A stretch of DNA of 32,000 bases from Mycobacterium tuberculosis H37Rv (GCF_000195955.2 NC_000962.3:1230001-1262000); one strand, 5' to 3'. Positions 1 through 9,328 are shown, counted from the first letter of the stretch. The notes: generated from the letters alone by a model not told the origin. Made by a program: numbers and translations.

Positions 1-548
1 TTCTCGCGGTTCACCAAGAGCGCGACGAACACGTACACAAAGATGATGGCCGACGTGATGACACCGGCGAGGCTTCCGGCGGCGTCGCGCAGGAAGTGCA
101 GCAGCCATTCGCCGACGTTCTGTGCTACCGAAATCATCGCTTTGCGCAGTGCGTCCGCGGTAACCGTGATGTGCAGGAACGGCACCCGGTCAAACAAGCC
201 GTTGACGAATTGCAGGATCTTGTCGCCGAGGGTGCTCAGATCGGTCGTCCGCACCCAGTCGGCGACGGAGTCGACCATGCGAGCGATCTGCACGATCGCC
301 AGCCCCACCAAGGCTCCCACCGGCACGACGACGGCGGCCAGCGCCGACAACAACGTGCAGGCGGCCGACAGGCCGGTATTGAAGCGCTTGGTGAACCACT
401 TGAAAAGTGGCGTGAACAAATAGGCGCCGACGGCTGCCACCACGATCAGAACGAAATAGTTACGCAGGAAGTACGCACCGAACAGCAAAGCGATCAACGT
501 GAGGATCGCCAGGGCGCGCTTCTGAGTGAGCGTGAATTCGGTGTTCAA
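1..548 (-). CDS. AI-2E family (PerM/UPF0118-like) integral membrane transporter, 5' part only; the 3' end lies beyond the left edge
   Basis: It is absent from the ORF track because it runs off the window. The reverse complement reads TTG(548-546) NTEFTLTQKRALAILTLIALLFGAYFLRNYFVLIVVAAVGAYLFTPLFKWFTKRFNTGLSAACTLLSALAAVVVPVGALVGLAIVQIARMV..., stays open to position 1, and contains several hydrophobic helices. Its position matches Rv1101c by recollection. The start codon is uncertain. Confidence 0.75.
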   Translation of the reverse strand, partial: MNTEFTLTQKRALAILTLIALLFGAYFLRNYFVLIVVAAVGAYLFTPLFKWFTKRFNTGLSAACTLLSALAAVVVPVGALVGLAIVQIARMVDSVADWVRTTDLSTLGDKILQFVNGLFDRVPFLHITVTADALRKAMISVAQNVGEWLLHFLRDAAGSLAGVITSAIIFVYVFVALLVNRE

Positions 549-659
549 AGCGGGTCCGCCCTTCGCTTCTTGGTGCTGACTCTGCGTCCAGCAGGCGGGT
601 TACTCGCACTATTGCGTGGTGGATGCAGAGTCAACGGATGTCGGTGCAGTGCTGTAGAC

Positions 660-971
660 CTATGCCACCACCCAATCGAGGTCGAACGCGTTGCCGATGG
701 CCTCGGCTAGAGCCGGCTCCTGCGACGCGAGCAGGTAGCCGATTTGACGACCAAGGTCACACACCGGGATCGTTTGGGTGTTGTCGCAGCTGACGACTGA
801 CGGTTGATTCAGCCCGTTCACCGCGTCTACCGGGACTTCGGTGGCTAGCCCACGCACGGTTGTCGTGATCGGGGCGACGGTGACGTTCGTGAGGTGCGGA
901 CGTACGACCTCGCGGGTAAGGATCAGGACGGGTCTAGCCTTGTCAAGCTGTGCGATGTGGATAGGTCGCAT
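660..971 (-). CDS. mazF3: MazF/PemK-family endoribonuclease toxin (type II TA)
   Basis: 103-aa ORF MRPIHIAQLDKARPVLILTREVVRPHL...TVAPITTTVRGLATEVPV, typical of the MazF fold. Its ATG overlaps the upstream antitoxin stop by 1 nt (TGATG at 969-973). Confidence 0.9.
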   Translation of the reverse strand: MRPIHIAQLDKARPVLILTREVVRPHLTNVTVAPITTTVRGLATEVPVDAVNGLNQPSVVSCDNTQTIPVCDLGRQIGYLLASQEPALAEAIGNAFDLDWVVA

Positions 972-1291
972 CAGTCGATGTCGAGGGCGGTACGAGCGCA
1001 GTGGCCGGCCAGCGTATCCAGATCACCCGTGGCTGACGTGTTGGTGGCGAGGATCTCCGCGTCGCGTTCGGCGAGACGACGGCGGCGTTCCCGTTCCAGC
1101 GCCCGCAGCACGACAGCCGCACGGCTACGGGCATGCTGTCCCCGGACTTCGTCGTCGATGAACGCGACAATCTCATCGGGCAAGCGAACCGCAATCTGTG
1201 TACTCACTTCACAGATGGTACCAGTTTGGTATGCACCCGCCCCAAAACCGTTCGCGCCGCCGGCGAGGACGACCCCCCAGGGTAGGTACAT
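971..1291 (-). CDS. mazE3: RHH-type antitoxin MazE (type II TA)
   Basis: ORF ending ...VSTQIAVRLPDEIVAFIDDEVRGQHARSRAAVVLRALERERRRRLAERDAEIL..., a ribbon-helix-helix signature. The longest ORF starts at 1291. An internal GTG at 1207 (VSTQIAV...) would give a more typical 78-aa antitoxin and would leave room for a promoter. Confidence 0.85.
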   Translation of the reverse strand: MYLPWGVVLAGGANGFGAGAYQTGTICEVSTQIAVRLPDEIVAFIDDEVRGQHARSRAAVVLRALERERRRRLAERDAEILATNTSATGDLDTLAGHCARTALDID

Positions 1292-1300
1292 TCCAGAAGT

Positions 1301-2826
1301 ATGGTCGTCGACAGCTGCGTGGCCGAATCCCGCTATGGTCCGGTCCGGGGCGCCGATGATGGCCGCGTCAAAGTGTGGAAAGGCATCCGGTATGCCGCGC
1401 CACCACTAGGTGACCTGAGGTTCCGGACGCCCGAACCTCCCGAACGGTGGACCGAGGTCGCCGACGCCACAACCTTCGGTCCGGCCTGCCCGCAGCCGGC
1501 CATCCCCAACATGCCGCTCGATTTAGGGGCGTCGCAGAGCGAGGACTGTTGGAGCCTGAACATTTGGGCGCCGGCGGACACCGAGCCCGGTGACGGAAAA
1601 CCCGTGATGGTGTGGCTGCACGGGGGCGCCTACATCCTGGGATCGGGCAGCCAGCCGCTCTATAACGGCCGCAGGTTGGCCGCCAGCGGCGACGTGGTCG
1701 TGGTGACGGTCAACTACCGGCTCGGAGCGCTTGGCTTCCTGGACTTGTCGTCGTTCAACACGTCACGGCGACGGTTCGACTCGAATATCGGCCTGCGTGA
1801 CGTGCTGGCCGTGCTGCGCTGGGTAGCAGACAACATCGCGGTGTTTGGCGGCGATCCCGAGAAGGTCACGCTGTTCGGTGAATCCGCGCGGGAATCGTCA
1901 CGACCCTGCTCGCCACCCCGGCGGCCGCGGGTCTGTTCGCGGCGGCGATCGCCCAGAGCTCACCGGCGACATCGGTCTACGACCAGGTGAGGGCTCGGCG
2001 CGTCGCGGTTTGCGTCCTCGACAAGCTGGGAATCGACCCGTCCGATGTGCACAGGTTCATGAAGTGCCGACCGCGGCAATCCTTTCCGCGTCCAGCGAAG
2101 TGTTCAACGAAGTGCCGGTTCGTAACCCCGGCACGCTGGCGTTCGTCCCGATCGTCGACGGCGATCTGCTGCCCGACTACCCGGTCAAGCTGGCGCAGGA
2201 GGGCCGCTCACACCCGGTTCCCTTGATCATCGGCACCAACAAGCACGAGTCGGCGCTCTTTCGGTTGATGCGCTCGCCGCTGATGCCGATCACCCCGCGC
2301 GATCACGTCGATGTTCACCCAGATTGCCGCCGAACAGCCCGATCTGCAAGTGCCAACCGAGGAGCAGATCGGCTCCGCGTACTCGCGATGGCGGCGCAAA
2401 GCACGCTCATTGAGTATGGCTACCGACGTCGGCTTCCGGATGCCGTCGGTGTGGCTCGCTGAAGGGCACAGCGGGGTGGCGCCGGTGTATCTGTATCGGT
2501 TTGACTACTCGACTCCGCTGCTGAAGCTGCTGCTGGTCCGGGCCGCCCATGCCACCGAATTGCCTTACGTCTGGGGCAATCTCGGAGGATCCCAGGACCC
2601 TGCATTGAAGTTGGGCGACGCCAAAGCCGCCATAGCGGTGTCCCGGAGGGTACGGACGCGGTGGATCAATTTCGCGACGCGGGGCAAACCCACGGGTCCC
2701 GATGGCGAGCCAGACTGGCCATGTTACGAGGAGGCCCATCGTGCCTGCCTGATTATCGGCAGGCGAGACGCCGTCGTGCACGACGTCGACGCACACATCC
2801 GAGCGACCTGGGGCAGCAAGTGGTGA
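1301..2826 (+). pseudogene. Type-B carboxylesterase (para-nitrobenzyl esterase-like) inactivated by at least three frameshifts
   Basis: Family similarity continues across three reading frames. The first frame reads ...KGIRYAAPPLGDLRF...WLHGGAYILGSG...VTLFGESA and then shifts at about 1889. The second reads AGIVTTLLATPAAAGLFAAAIAQSSPATSVYD...GIDPSDV and shifts at about 2050. The third reads VHEVPTAAILSASSEVFNEVPV...LIIGTNKHESALF...LMPITPR and shifts at about 2298. The last reads AITSMFTQIAAEQ...RAAHATELPYVWGN... to the stop at 2826. It corresponds to two separate ORF-track pieces (1301-1990 and 2311-2826). Confidence 0.85.
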
Positions 2827-2843
2827 GTTTCAGATAATTCTGG

Positions 2844-3956
2844 CTACGGCTTGACTGTGGCGGCCGTTTTTTCCGCCCGGGCCTCGTTCTTCATCTGCTC
2901 AAACAGACTCACGTAGTACGGCAGGCATTCGGTCAGCGCCTGCTGGGTGGTGAACAGCGGCTCATAGCCCAGGTCGCGGCGTGCCTTAGCGATCGAAAAG
3001 TAGTTGTCCAGGTACAGTCGTTCGACGGCCAGCGGCTCGAGCAGCGGCGCGGGGAATCCGAACCGGAAGTGCAGCCGCTGCCACCCCGTCATTACCCAGC
3101 GGACCGCGGGGCCGGAAATCCGCATCTTCGGCCAGCGCTGCCCGCACGCCTCGAGCACCGGCCGAGCGAACTCGAACATATTGATCGGCTCTGCGTCGTT
3201 GATGAAGTAAGCCTGCCCGGGCGCTGTGCCGTCCGGCACCAGATGGGCAGCGGCCAAGATGAAACCGTGAATCAGGTTGTGCACGTAAGAGTTATCCAGC
3301 CGGGCCGACTTGCGCCCGACCAGCACCTTGACGTGGCCCTTGAGCACACTTTCGAACAGCTTGCGGAACATCGTCTGATCGCCGTTTCCCCAGATGCCGC
3401 TGGGCCGGATCGCGCACGTCAGCATGCCGTCGACACCGTTCTGGGCCAACACGAATCGCTCGGCAACCACCTTGGTCTCGGTGTAGAGGTCGTTGAACCG
3501 GTCGGTATAGGGCAGCGTCTCGTCACCGCCGGCGATGTTCTGGCCGCCCATCACCACACTGTTGGATGACGTGTAGACGAACCGCTGCACCCCGGCCCGC
3601 TGGCCGGCGTGCAGCAGGTTCTCGGTGCCGCCGACGTTGACCGCAAAGCTACGTTGGCGGTACTCGTCGGTGACCGACGCGCCGCCCATCAGCTCGATGA
3701 TCGCTGCGGTGTGGAAGATCGTGTCGATGCCGTCCACGGCCGCGGCGCAGACGTCCGCGTCGGTGATGTCCCCTTGCAGCACCTCCAGTTGCGGATGCGC
3801 AGGCAACAGCGACGGCGCGCGGTCGAAGGAACGCACCCAGTGCCCGCGGTCCAGCAAGGTGGTCACCAGGTTGGCGCCCACGAAGCCCGCGCCGCCGGTG
3901 ACCAGAACGCGGCCGAGCTCGGTTGTCAGCGATGCATCACCCATGCGGCGAAGCAT
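2844..3956 (-). CDS. NAD-dependent 3-beta-hydroxysteroid dehydrogenase/isomerase (extended SDR)
   Basis: 370-aa ORF with the Rossmann motif VLVTGGAGFVGANLV and the catalytic YTETK (YxxxK) motif, 3beta-HSD/NSDHL-like throughout. Matches Rv1106c by recollection. Confidence 0.9.
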   Translation of the reverse strand: MLRRMGDASLTTELGRVLVTGGAGFVGANLVTTLLDRGHWVRSFDRAPSLLPAHPQLEVLQGDITDADVCAAAVDGIDTIFHTAAIIELMGGASVTDEYRQRSFAVNVGGTENLLHAGQRAGVQRFVYTSSNSVVMGGQNIAGGDETLPYTDRFNDLYTETKVVAERFVLAQNGVDGMLTCAIRPSGIWGNGDQTMFRKLFESVLKGHVKVLVGRKSARLDNSYVHNLIHGFILAAAHLVPDGTAPGQAYFINDAEPINMFEFARPVLEACGQRWPKMRISGPAVRWVMTGWQRLHFRFGFPAPLLEPLAVERLYLDNYFSIAKARRDLGYEPLFTTQQALTECLPYYVSLFEQMKNEARAEKTAATVKP

Positions 3957-3965
3957 AACCTTGCC

Positions 3966-4223
3966 TTAGCCGTTTTGGGCCTCGTCGCCGGCCAGCACAT
4001 CGGACACCCGCTGGCGTGCACCAGCTAAGTGCTCCTCGCACCTTTTGGCGAGTTGCTCCCCTCTTTCCCACAGTCGCAGCGACGCATCGAGGTCCAATCC
4101 GCCCTGCTCCAGAAGCCGCACGACTTCCATCAGCTCGTCCCGGCAGGCTTCATAGCCAAGCTGACTGACAGGCACAGTTGCGTGGGTTCTGCCCGTGTCA
4201 TCGCCGTTGGGGTCACAGACCAT
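3966..4223 (-). CDS. xseB: Exodeoxyribonuclease VII small subunit
   Basis: Small helical protein ...[45 protein letters not shown]... directly downstream of xseA. I chose the ATG at 4223 (85 aa); the longest ORF starts at 4238. Confidence 0.85.
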
Positions 4224-5460
4224 TGGTTTGTCCTTCACTGACCGCCGCTAGGGCTCCGTCGGCAACCCGCACGCGCAGCTTGGTGCCTTCCGGTGCGTCG
4301 TGGACCGACCGCAGCACCTGTGGTTCGGATCCGCCCTCGGGTCCCGTCTGAGCAACGGTCTGCACTATGGCATAGCCGCGGGCGAGCGTGGCGGCCGGAC
4401 CCAGCGTGGCCAGGCGTGCGGCCAGATGACCGATGCGTTCGGTCTCGGCGGCGACCATCAGGGTGAGGTTGCGACGAAGCGTCGAGCGGGCTCGGTGGAC
4501 CTCCTCGGCGCGCACGCTGACCATCGTCATCGGATCGGCCAGCACCGGGCGGCTACGCAACTGCGCGACTGCCCGTTGCTCGCGGGAAACCCAGTTGCGC
4601 AACGCCTGGGCGCTGCGCCGGCGCAGATCGTCGATCAGCCGCTGCTCGGCTGCGGTGTCGGGAACCACTTTCTTGGCGGCGTCGGTGGGGGTGGCGGCGC
4701 GCAGGTCGACGACCAGATCGCACAGCGGATTGTCGGGTTCGTGACCGACGGCGCTGACCACGGGCGTACGGCAGGCCGCGATCGCGCGGCACAACGTCTC
4801 GTCAGAAAACGGCAGCAGGTCCTCGACGGAGCCGCCGCCCCGGGCCAGCACGATCACGTCGACGTCCGGGTCTCGATCGAGCTCGCGCAGCGCCTCGACG
4901 ATCTGGCCGACGGCGTTGGGGCCCTGCACGGCGACGTTGCGGACGGCGAAACGTGCCGCTGGCCAGCGCGCCGAGGCCACCGTCGTAACGTCACGTTCGG
5001 CGGCACTCGCACGGCCGGTGATCAGACCGATCATGTTGGGCAGGTACGGGATCGGCCGCTTGAGGCGGGGGTCGAAGAGCCCCTCGGCGTCCAGCAGCCG
5101 GCGCAGCCGGTCGATGCGTGCCAGCAGCTCGCCGATGCCGACAGCGCGAATCTCGCTGAGCCGCAAGGAGAATGTGCCACGTCCGGTGTAGAACGAGGGC
5201 TTGCCGCAGACCACTACCTGAACGCCTTCGGCCAGCTTCACCGGCGCGGACAGCACCAGGTCGCGGGAACACGTCACGGTCAGCGACATGTCGGCCGCAG
5301 GATCGCGCAATACCATGAACACCGTCTTGGCGTCTGGGCGCATTGTGATCTGGGCCAATTGCCCCTCCACCCAGACCGCGCCCAGCTTGTCGATCCAGCC
5401 CGCGACCCGGATTGCCACCGCGCGAACCGGGAACGGATTCTCCGCTGAATTCTGGGTCAC
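4213..5460 (-). CDS. xseA: Exodeoxyribonuclease VII large subunit
   Basis: From GTG at 5460 it reads [38 protein letters not shown] (OB-fold N-terminus), followed by ...[15 protein letters not shown]...[17 protein letters not shown]... The 553-aa track ORF is an in-frame upstream extension overlapping the preceding gene, so I rejected it. The gene overlaps xseB by 11 nt. Confidence 0.9.
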
Positions 5461-6095
5461 TTCGCAGTCGCGCGGGTGATCCTGTTGGCGAGCAGCGTCT
5501 GGAACGGGGCACGGGCCTTGGTGGCCTGCTCGTAGGCCAGCAGGGCCTCGAGCTCGGGGACATCGAGCGTGTGCAGCCTGGCCCGCAGCTGGGCCAGCGT
5601 CAGCGCCGGATAGTCGAGTTCGGCTGCCACCGCAGGCGTCGGAACTGTCGGCTTGGCCGCCGACTTGGGGTGCTTGGCGGTTTTGGGATTGGTCGAGCGA
5701 TCCGCACTCCTGGATGCTGTCGTCGTTTCCGGCGTATCGGATACCGAGTACAACGCGAACCGCCCGTCGGACCGGCGATCGTCGTTCTTGGCTTCGCTGG
5801 CATCCGACAAGCCGAGCAATGGAATCGAAGTCCCTTCGAGCGCGTCGGGCAAGTCCTCGTCGAATGTTGCCCACTCCGGCTTCTCGTCCTTGGGCGGAAA
5901 CAGCGTCTCCAGGGTGTTGTCGCCCTTGATCACCAGTTCGGCCAGGCCCTGTTGGAATCGCATCACCACGTGCGCCGCCTGGCTGGCCAGGGTCATTGGG
6001 TACATCAGGATGGTTCGTGGCAGCTTCATCGTCTCCTCAACGGCGACTGTCGCCGCGCCGACCAATAGCCGAACCCCATACGGTGCAGTAGCCAT
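5457..6095 (-). CDS. Conserved actinobacterial hypothetical protein (possibly of the family named lipid droplet-associated protein; weak recollection)
   Basis: 212-aa ORF with a structured N-terminal part, a Ser/Thr/Pro/Lys-rich linker and a C-terminal helical motif [25 protein letters not shown]. Its stop overlaps the xseA start (GTGA at 5457-5460). Confidence 0.75.
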
Positions 6096-6184
6096 GGATC
6101 CAAGACTGCCTCAAGCAGCGGCTAACTCCAAGCCGGTGGCCGTGAGCTGGCGGGTTCGTGTCGGCCCAAAGTACCCTGAATGCC

Positions 6185-7192
6185 ATGGTTCCGACGGTCG
6201 ACATGGGGATTCCCGGGGCTTCGGTATCGTCGCGATCGGTGGCCGACCGTCCCAACCGTAAGCGGGTGCTGCTGGCCGAGCCGCGTGGCTACTGCGCTGG
6301 CGTGGATCGGGCCGTCGAAACGGTCGAACGCGCGCTTCAAAAACACGGCCCGCCTGTCTACGTGCGTCACGAGATCGTGCATAACCGCCACGTGGTTGAC
6401 ACCCTGGCTAAGGCCGGTGCGGTTTTCGTCGAAGAGACCGAGCAGGTTCCCGAGGGAGCGATTGTGGTGTTCTCCGCGCACGGGGTCGCGCCTACGGTGC
6501 ACGTCAGCGCCAGCGAGCGCAACCTGCAGGTCATTGACGCCACCTGCCCGCTGGTCACCAAGGTGCACAACGAGGCCAGGCGGTTCGCCCGGGACGACTA
6601 CGACATCTTGCTGATCGGTCATGAGGGCCACGAGGAAGTCGTCGGTACTGCTGGGGAAGCTCCCGATCATGTGCAGCTGGTCGACGGGGTGGACGCCGTC
6701 GACCAGGTGACCGTCCGTGACGAGGACAAAGTGGTTTGGCTGTCGCAGACCACCCTGTCCGTCGATGAGACCATGGAGATTGTCGGGCGGTTGCGTCGGC
6801 GTTTCCCCAAGCTGCAGGATCCGCCCAGCGACGACATCTGCTATGCGACCCAGAATCGGCAGGTCGCGGTCAAGGCGATGGCGCCCGAGTGCGAGCTGGT
6901 CATCGTGGTCGGCTCGCGCAATTCGTCGAATTCGGTTCGGCTGGTCGAGGTGGCGCTGGGTGCCGGGGCGCGGGCCGCCCACCTGGTGGACTGGGCCGAC
7001 GATATCGACTCGGCCTGGCTGGACGGCGTTACCACGGTCGGCGTTACGTCGGGGGCATCGGTCCCCGAGGTGCTGGTGCGCGGTGTGCTGGAGCGGCTGG
7101 CCGAATGCGGCTACGACATCGTGCAACCGGTGACAACGGCCAACGAGACGTTGGTGTTCGCATTGCCCCGGGAGCTCCGCTCACCTCGCTGA
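6185..7192 (+). CDS. ispH: 4-hydroxy-3-methylbut-2-enyl diphosphate reductase (IspH/LytB)
   Basis: Motifs present: [39 protein letters not shown] and SRNSSNS. I chose the ATG at 6185 (335 aa); the longest ORF starts at 6158. Confidence 0.92.
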   Translation: MVPTVDMGIPGASVSSRSVADRPNRKRVLLAEPRGYCAGVDRAVETVERALQKHGPPVYVRHEIVHNRHVVDTLAKAGAVFVEETEQVPEGAIVVFSAHGVAPTVHVSASERNLQVIDATCPLVTKVHNEARRFARDDYDILLIGHEGHEEVVGTAGEAPDHVQLVDGVDAVDQVTVRDEDKVVWLSQTTLSVDETMEIVGRLRRRFPKLQDPPSDDICYATQNRQVAVKAMAPECELVIVVGSRNSSNSVRLVEVALGAGARAAHLVDWADDIDSAWLDGVTTVGVTSGASVPEVLVRGVLERLAECGYDIVQPVTTANETLVFALPRELRSPR

Positions 7193-7208
7193 GCACATCC
7201 GCTCACGG

Positions 7209-8123
7209 TTAGACGTCGTATTCCCAGGATTCAGCCGGTGGTCTGCGCGGTGCCCGCGAACGATCCCGCCGATCGAACCGCTGCTCCTCGCGGTAGTTGT
7301 CCCGCCGCGCGTCGCGAGTAGCTGACCCGCGGTAGCGGACCTGCGAGATCGGATGGTGTGTCGGGTTGGTTGGCTCGCTGGGACGGGCGCGTCGGCGTTG
7401 GGGCTCGTAGGTGGGCTCGTAGCGCGCATAGGGCTGGTATCGAGCACCCCGACGTTCGTACCGGTTGACGGGCTCGGCAGGCCCGGAGGGTTCGGACGGC
7501 TGGTAGCTGCGGTAAGAATCGAAGCGGCTGCTGCGCGGTGCCGGCCGTTCGTGGGCATTGCGGCGCGGGTGCGGATCATTCTGCGGCCTAGGGCGGCGGC
7601 GCGATCGACGCTCGGCTATGGGTTCGCGGTTGTCCTCCGACGGGGGTCGGGCGTGTCGGGAACGAGTACGGGCAGGCCGCTGGGCCGACCGCCGGCCGCC
7701 GTCGTCGTCCGAATCGCCGGTCATCAGCGAGCTGAGCTTCCTGGCGATGCTGTCGAACAGAGCCGTCCCGAGATACCACCTGACCAGTCCGATCAGCAGC
7801 ACGCCGGCAGCCGTGCCCAGCATCAGCGGGAAACGTTCGATGAGCGAGTAGCCGCAGTTGATCAAGAGGTCTTTGAACTTGCCGATCGTGCCCCCGTGGA
7901 ACAGCCAGTAGGCCCCGGGCACGGCGCAGAAAAGTATCAGTGGCGGCTGGACGAGCGCGGTGAACAGGTCCGACTGCCGGACGGCCAGGACCGCCCCCAC
8001 GCAGCCGGCGATATAGCAGCCGGTAAAGACGAGGGTTAGCGCCTTGTGGCCCGATCCGGCGTCGATTGCATACCCGATCGCCGTCGCGGTGACGGCGATC
8101 AGGATGGCAGCCCACCACGGCAC
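7209..8123 (-). CDS. Integral membrane protein with a long Arg/Pro/Tyr-rich disordered C-terminal tail
   Basis: From GTG at 8123 it reads VPWWAAILIAVTATAIGYAIDAG... with about 4 predicted TM helices, then a low-complexity tail (RRSRRRPRPQNDPHPRR...RYERRGARYQPYARYEPTYEPQRRR...). The track ORF extends to 8306, but that extension looks like non-coding read-through. The start is uncertain. Confidence 0.7.
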   Translation of the reverse strand: MPWWAAILIAVTATAIGYAIDAGSGHKALTLVFTGCYIAGCVGAVLAVRQSDLFTALVQPPLILFCAVPGAYWLFHGGTIGKFKDLLINCGYSLIERFPLMLGTAAGVLLIGLVRWYLGTALFDSIARKLSSLMTGDSDDDGGRRSAQRPARTRSRHARPPSEDNREPIAERRSRRRPRPQNDPHPRRNAHERPAPRSSRFDSYRSYQPSEPSGPAEPVNRYERRGARYQPYARYEPTYEPQRRRARPSEPTNPTHHPISQVRYRGSATRDARRDNYREEQRFDRRDRSRAPRRPPAESWEYDV

Positions 8124-8254
8124 ACCTGGGATGTGGGGGTGAATCGAGCGGTGACTTGCCTGTACCGCCGACCTCGCCCGCTGCGCTGACACACGTCGAC
8201 CGTACCGGCAATGGCGCCGAAGGCGGCACCGCCTCGCCTTAAACTTGGCTCTCT

Positions 8255-9328
8255 GTGAGCTTGAGCCTGGGGATCGTGGGCCTGCCCAACGTCGGCAAGT
8301 CGACACTTTTCAACGCGCTGACCCGAAACAACGTGGTCGCGGCCAACTACCCGTTCGCGACGATCGAACCGAACGAAGGTGTCGTCTCCCTGCCCGATCC
8401 CCGCCTGGACAAGCTTGCTGAGCTTTTCGGATCGCAGCGAGTCGTACCCGCGCCGGTCACCTTCGTGGATATCGCCGGCCTGGTCAAGGGGGCGTCCGAG
8501 GGAGCCGGGCTGGGTAACAAGTTCCTGGCTCATATCCGCGAATGCGACGCCATTTGTCAGGTGGTGCGGGTGTTCGTCGACGACGACGTGACTCATGTCA
8601 CCGGACGGGTCGATCCCCAGTCCGACATTGAGGTCGTCGAGACCGAGCTGATCCTGGCAGATCTGCAAACCCTGGAGCGGGCCACGGGCCGGCTGGAGAA
8701 GGAAGCGCGCACCAACAAGGCGCGCAAGCCGGTCTACGACGCGGCACTGCGTGCCCAGCAGGTGCTCGACGCCGGCAAGACGCTGTTCGCCGCGGGGGTG
8801 GATGCCGCCGCGTTGCGCGAGCTGAACCTGCTGACCACCAAGCCCTTCCTGTATGTGTTCAACGCCGACGAGGCGGTGCTCACCGACCCGGCGCGAGTCG
8901 GTGAGCTGCGCGCGTTGGTGGCGCCCGCCGATGCGGTGTTCCTGGACGCCGCCATCGAGTCGGAGTTGACCGAACTGGACGACGAGTCGGCCGCGGAGCT
9001 GCTGGAGTCCATCGGGCAGAGCGAGCGCGGGCTGGACGCGCTGGCCCGGGCGGGTTTTCACACCCTGAAGTTGCAGACCTTTTTGACCGCGGGCCCCAAG
9101 GAAGCGCGGGCGTGGACCATCCATCAAGGCGACACCGCGCCGAAGGCGGCCGGGGTGATCCACAGCGACTTCGAGAAGGGTTTCATCAAGGCCGAGATCG
9201 TGTCCTACGACGACCTGGTGGCCGCGGGTTCGATGGCGGCGGCCAAGGCGGCCGGCAAGGTCCGGATCGAAGGCAAGGACTACGTGATGGCCGACGGTGA
9301 CGTAGTGGAGTTCCGATTCAACGTGTAG
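8255..9328 (+). CDS. ychF: Redox-regulated ATPase / GTP-binding protein YchF
   Basis: GTG start, P-loop GIVGLPNVGKSTLFNALT, G3 motif DIAGLVKGAS, and a C-terminal TGS-like region AWTIHQGDTAPKAAGVIHSDFEKGFIKAEIV. Confidence 0.93.
   Translation: MSLSLGIVGLPNVGKSTLFNALTRNNVVAANYPFATIEPNEGVVSLPDPRLDKLAELFGSQRVVPAPVTFVDIAGLVKGASEGAGLGNKFLAHIRECDAICQVVRVFVDDDVTHVTGRVDPQSDIEVVETELILADLQTLERATGRLEKEARTNKARKPVYDAALRAQQVLDAGKTLFAAGVDAAALRELNLLTTKPFLYVFNADEAVLTDPARVGELRALVAPADAVFLDAAIESELTELDDESAAELLESIGQSERGLDALARAGFHTLKLQTFLTAGPKEARAWTIHQGDTAPKAAGVIHSDFEKGFIKAEIVSYDDLVAAGSMAAAKAAGKVRIEGKDYVMADGDVVEFRFNV

Noticed and set aside
4213-5874. 553-aa ORF on the minus strand (xseA with a 138-aa N-terminal extension)
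   Set aside because: The extension is Arg/Ala/Gly-rich filler in a different frame over the well-formed Rv1109c-like gene (5457-6095). ExoVII large-subunit homology begins at the GTG at 5460, which also gives the GTGA coupling with the upstream stop.
6122-7126. 334-aa ORF antisense to ispH
   Set aside because: It is a shadow ORF typical of 65% GC DNA. Its composition is His/Arg/Asp/Gly-rich with no motifs, and the + strand carries a complete, motif-rich IspH.
7179-7194. 5-bp stem hairpin (GCTCA...TGAGC) at the ispH 3' end as a terminator
   Set aside because: The stem is too short and weak, with no U-tract. It overlaps the stop codon by chance as likely as not.
8222-8235. Near-palindrome AGGCGG-CA-CCGCCT 20 nt upstream of ychF
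   Set aside because: It is short and GC-only, and such sequences arise by chance frequently at this base composition. No supporting context was seen.
8099-9163. 354-aa ORF antisense to ychF
   Set aside because: It is a shadow ORF with low-complexity Arg/Gly/Gln/Leu content. ychF on the + strand is unambiguous.
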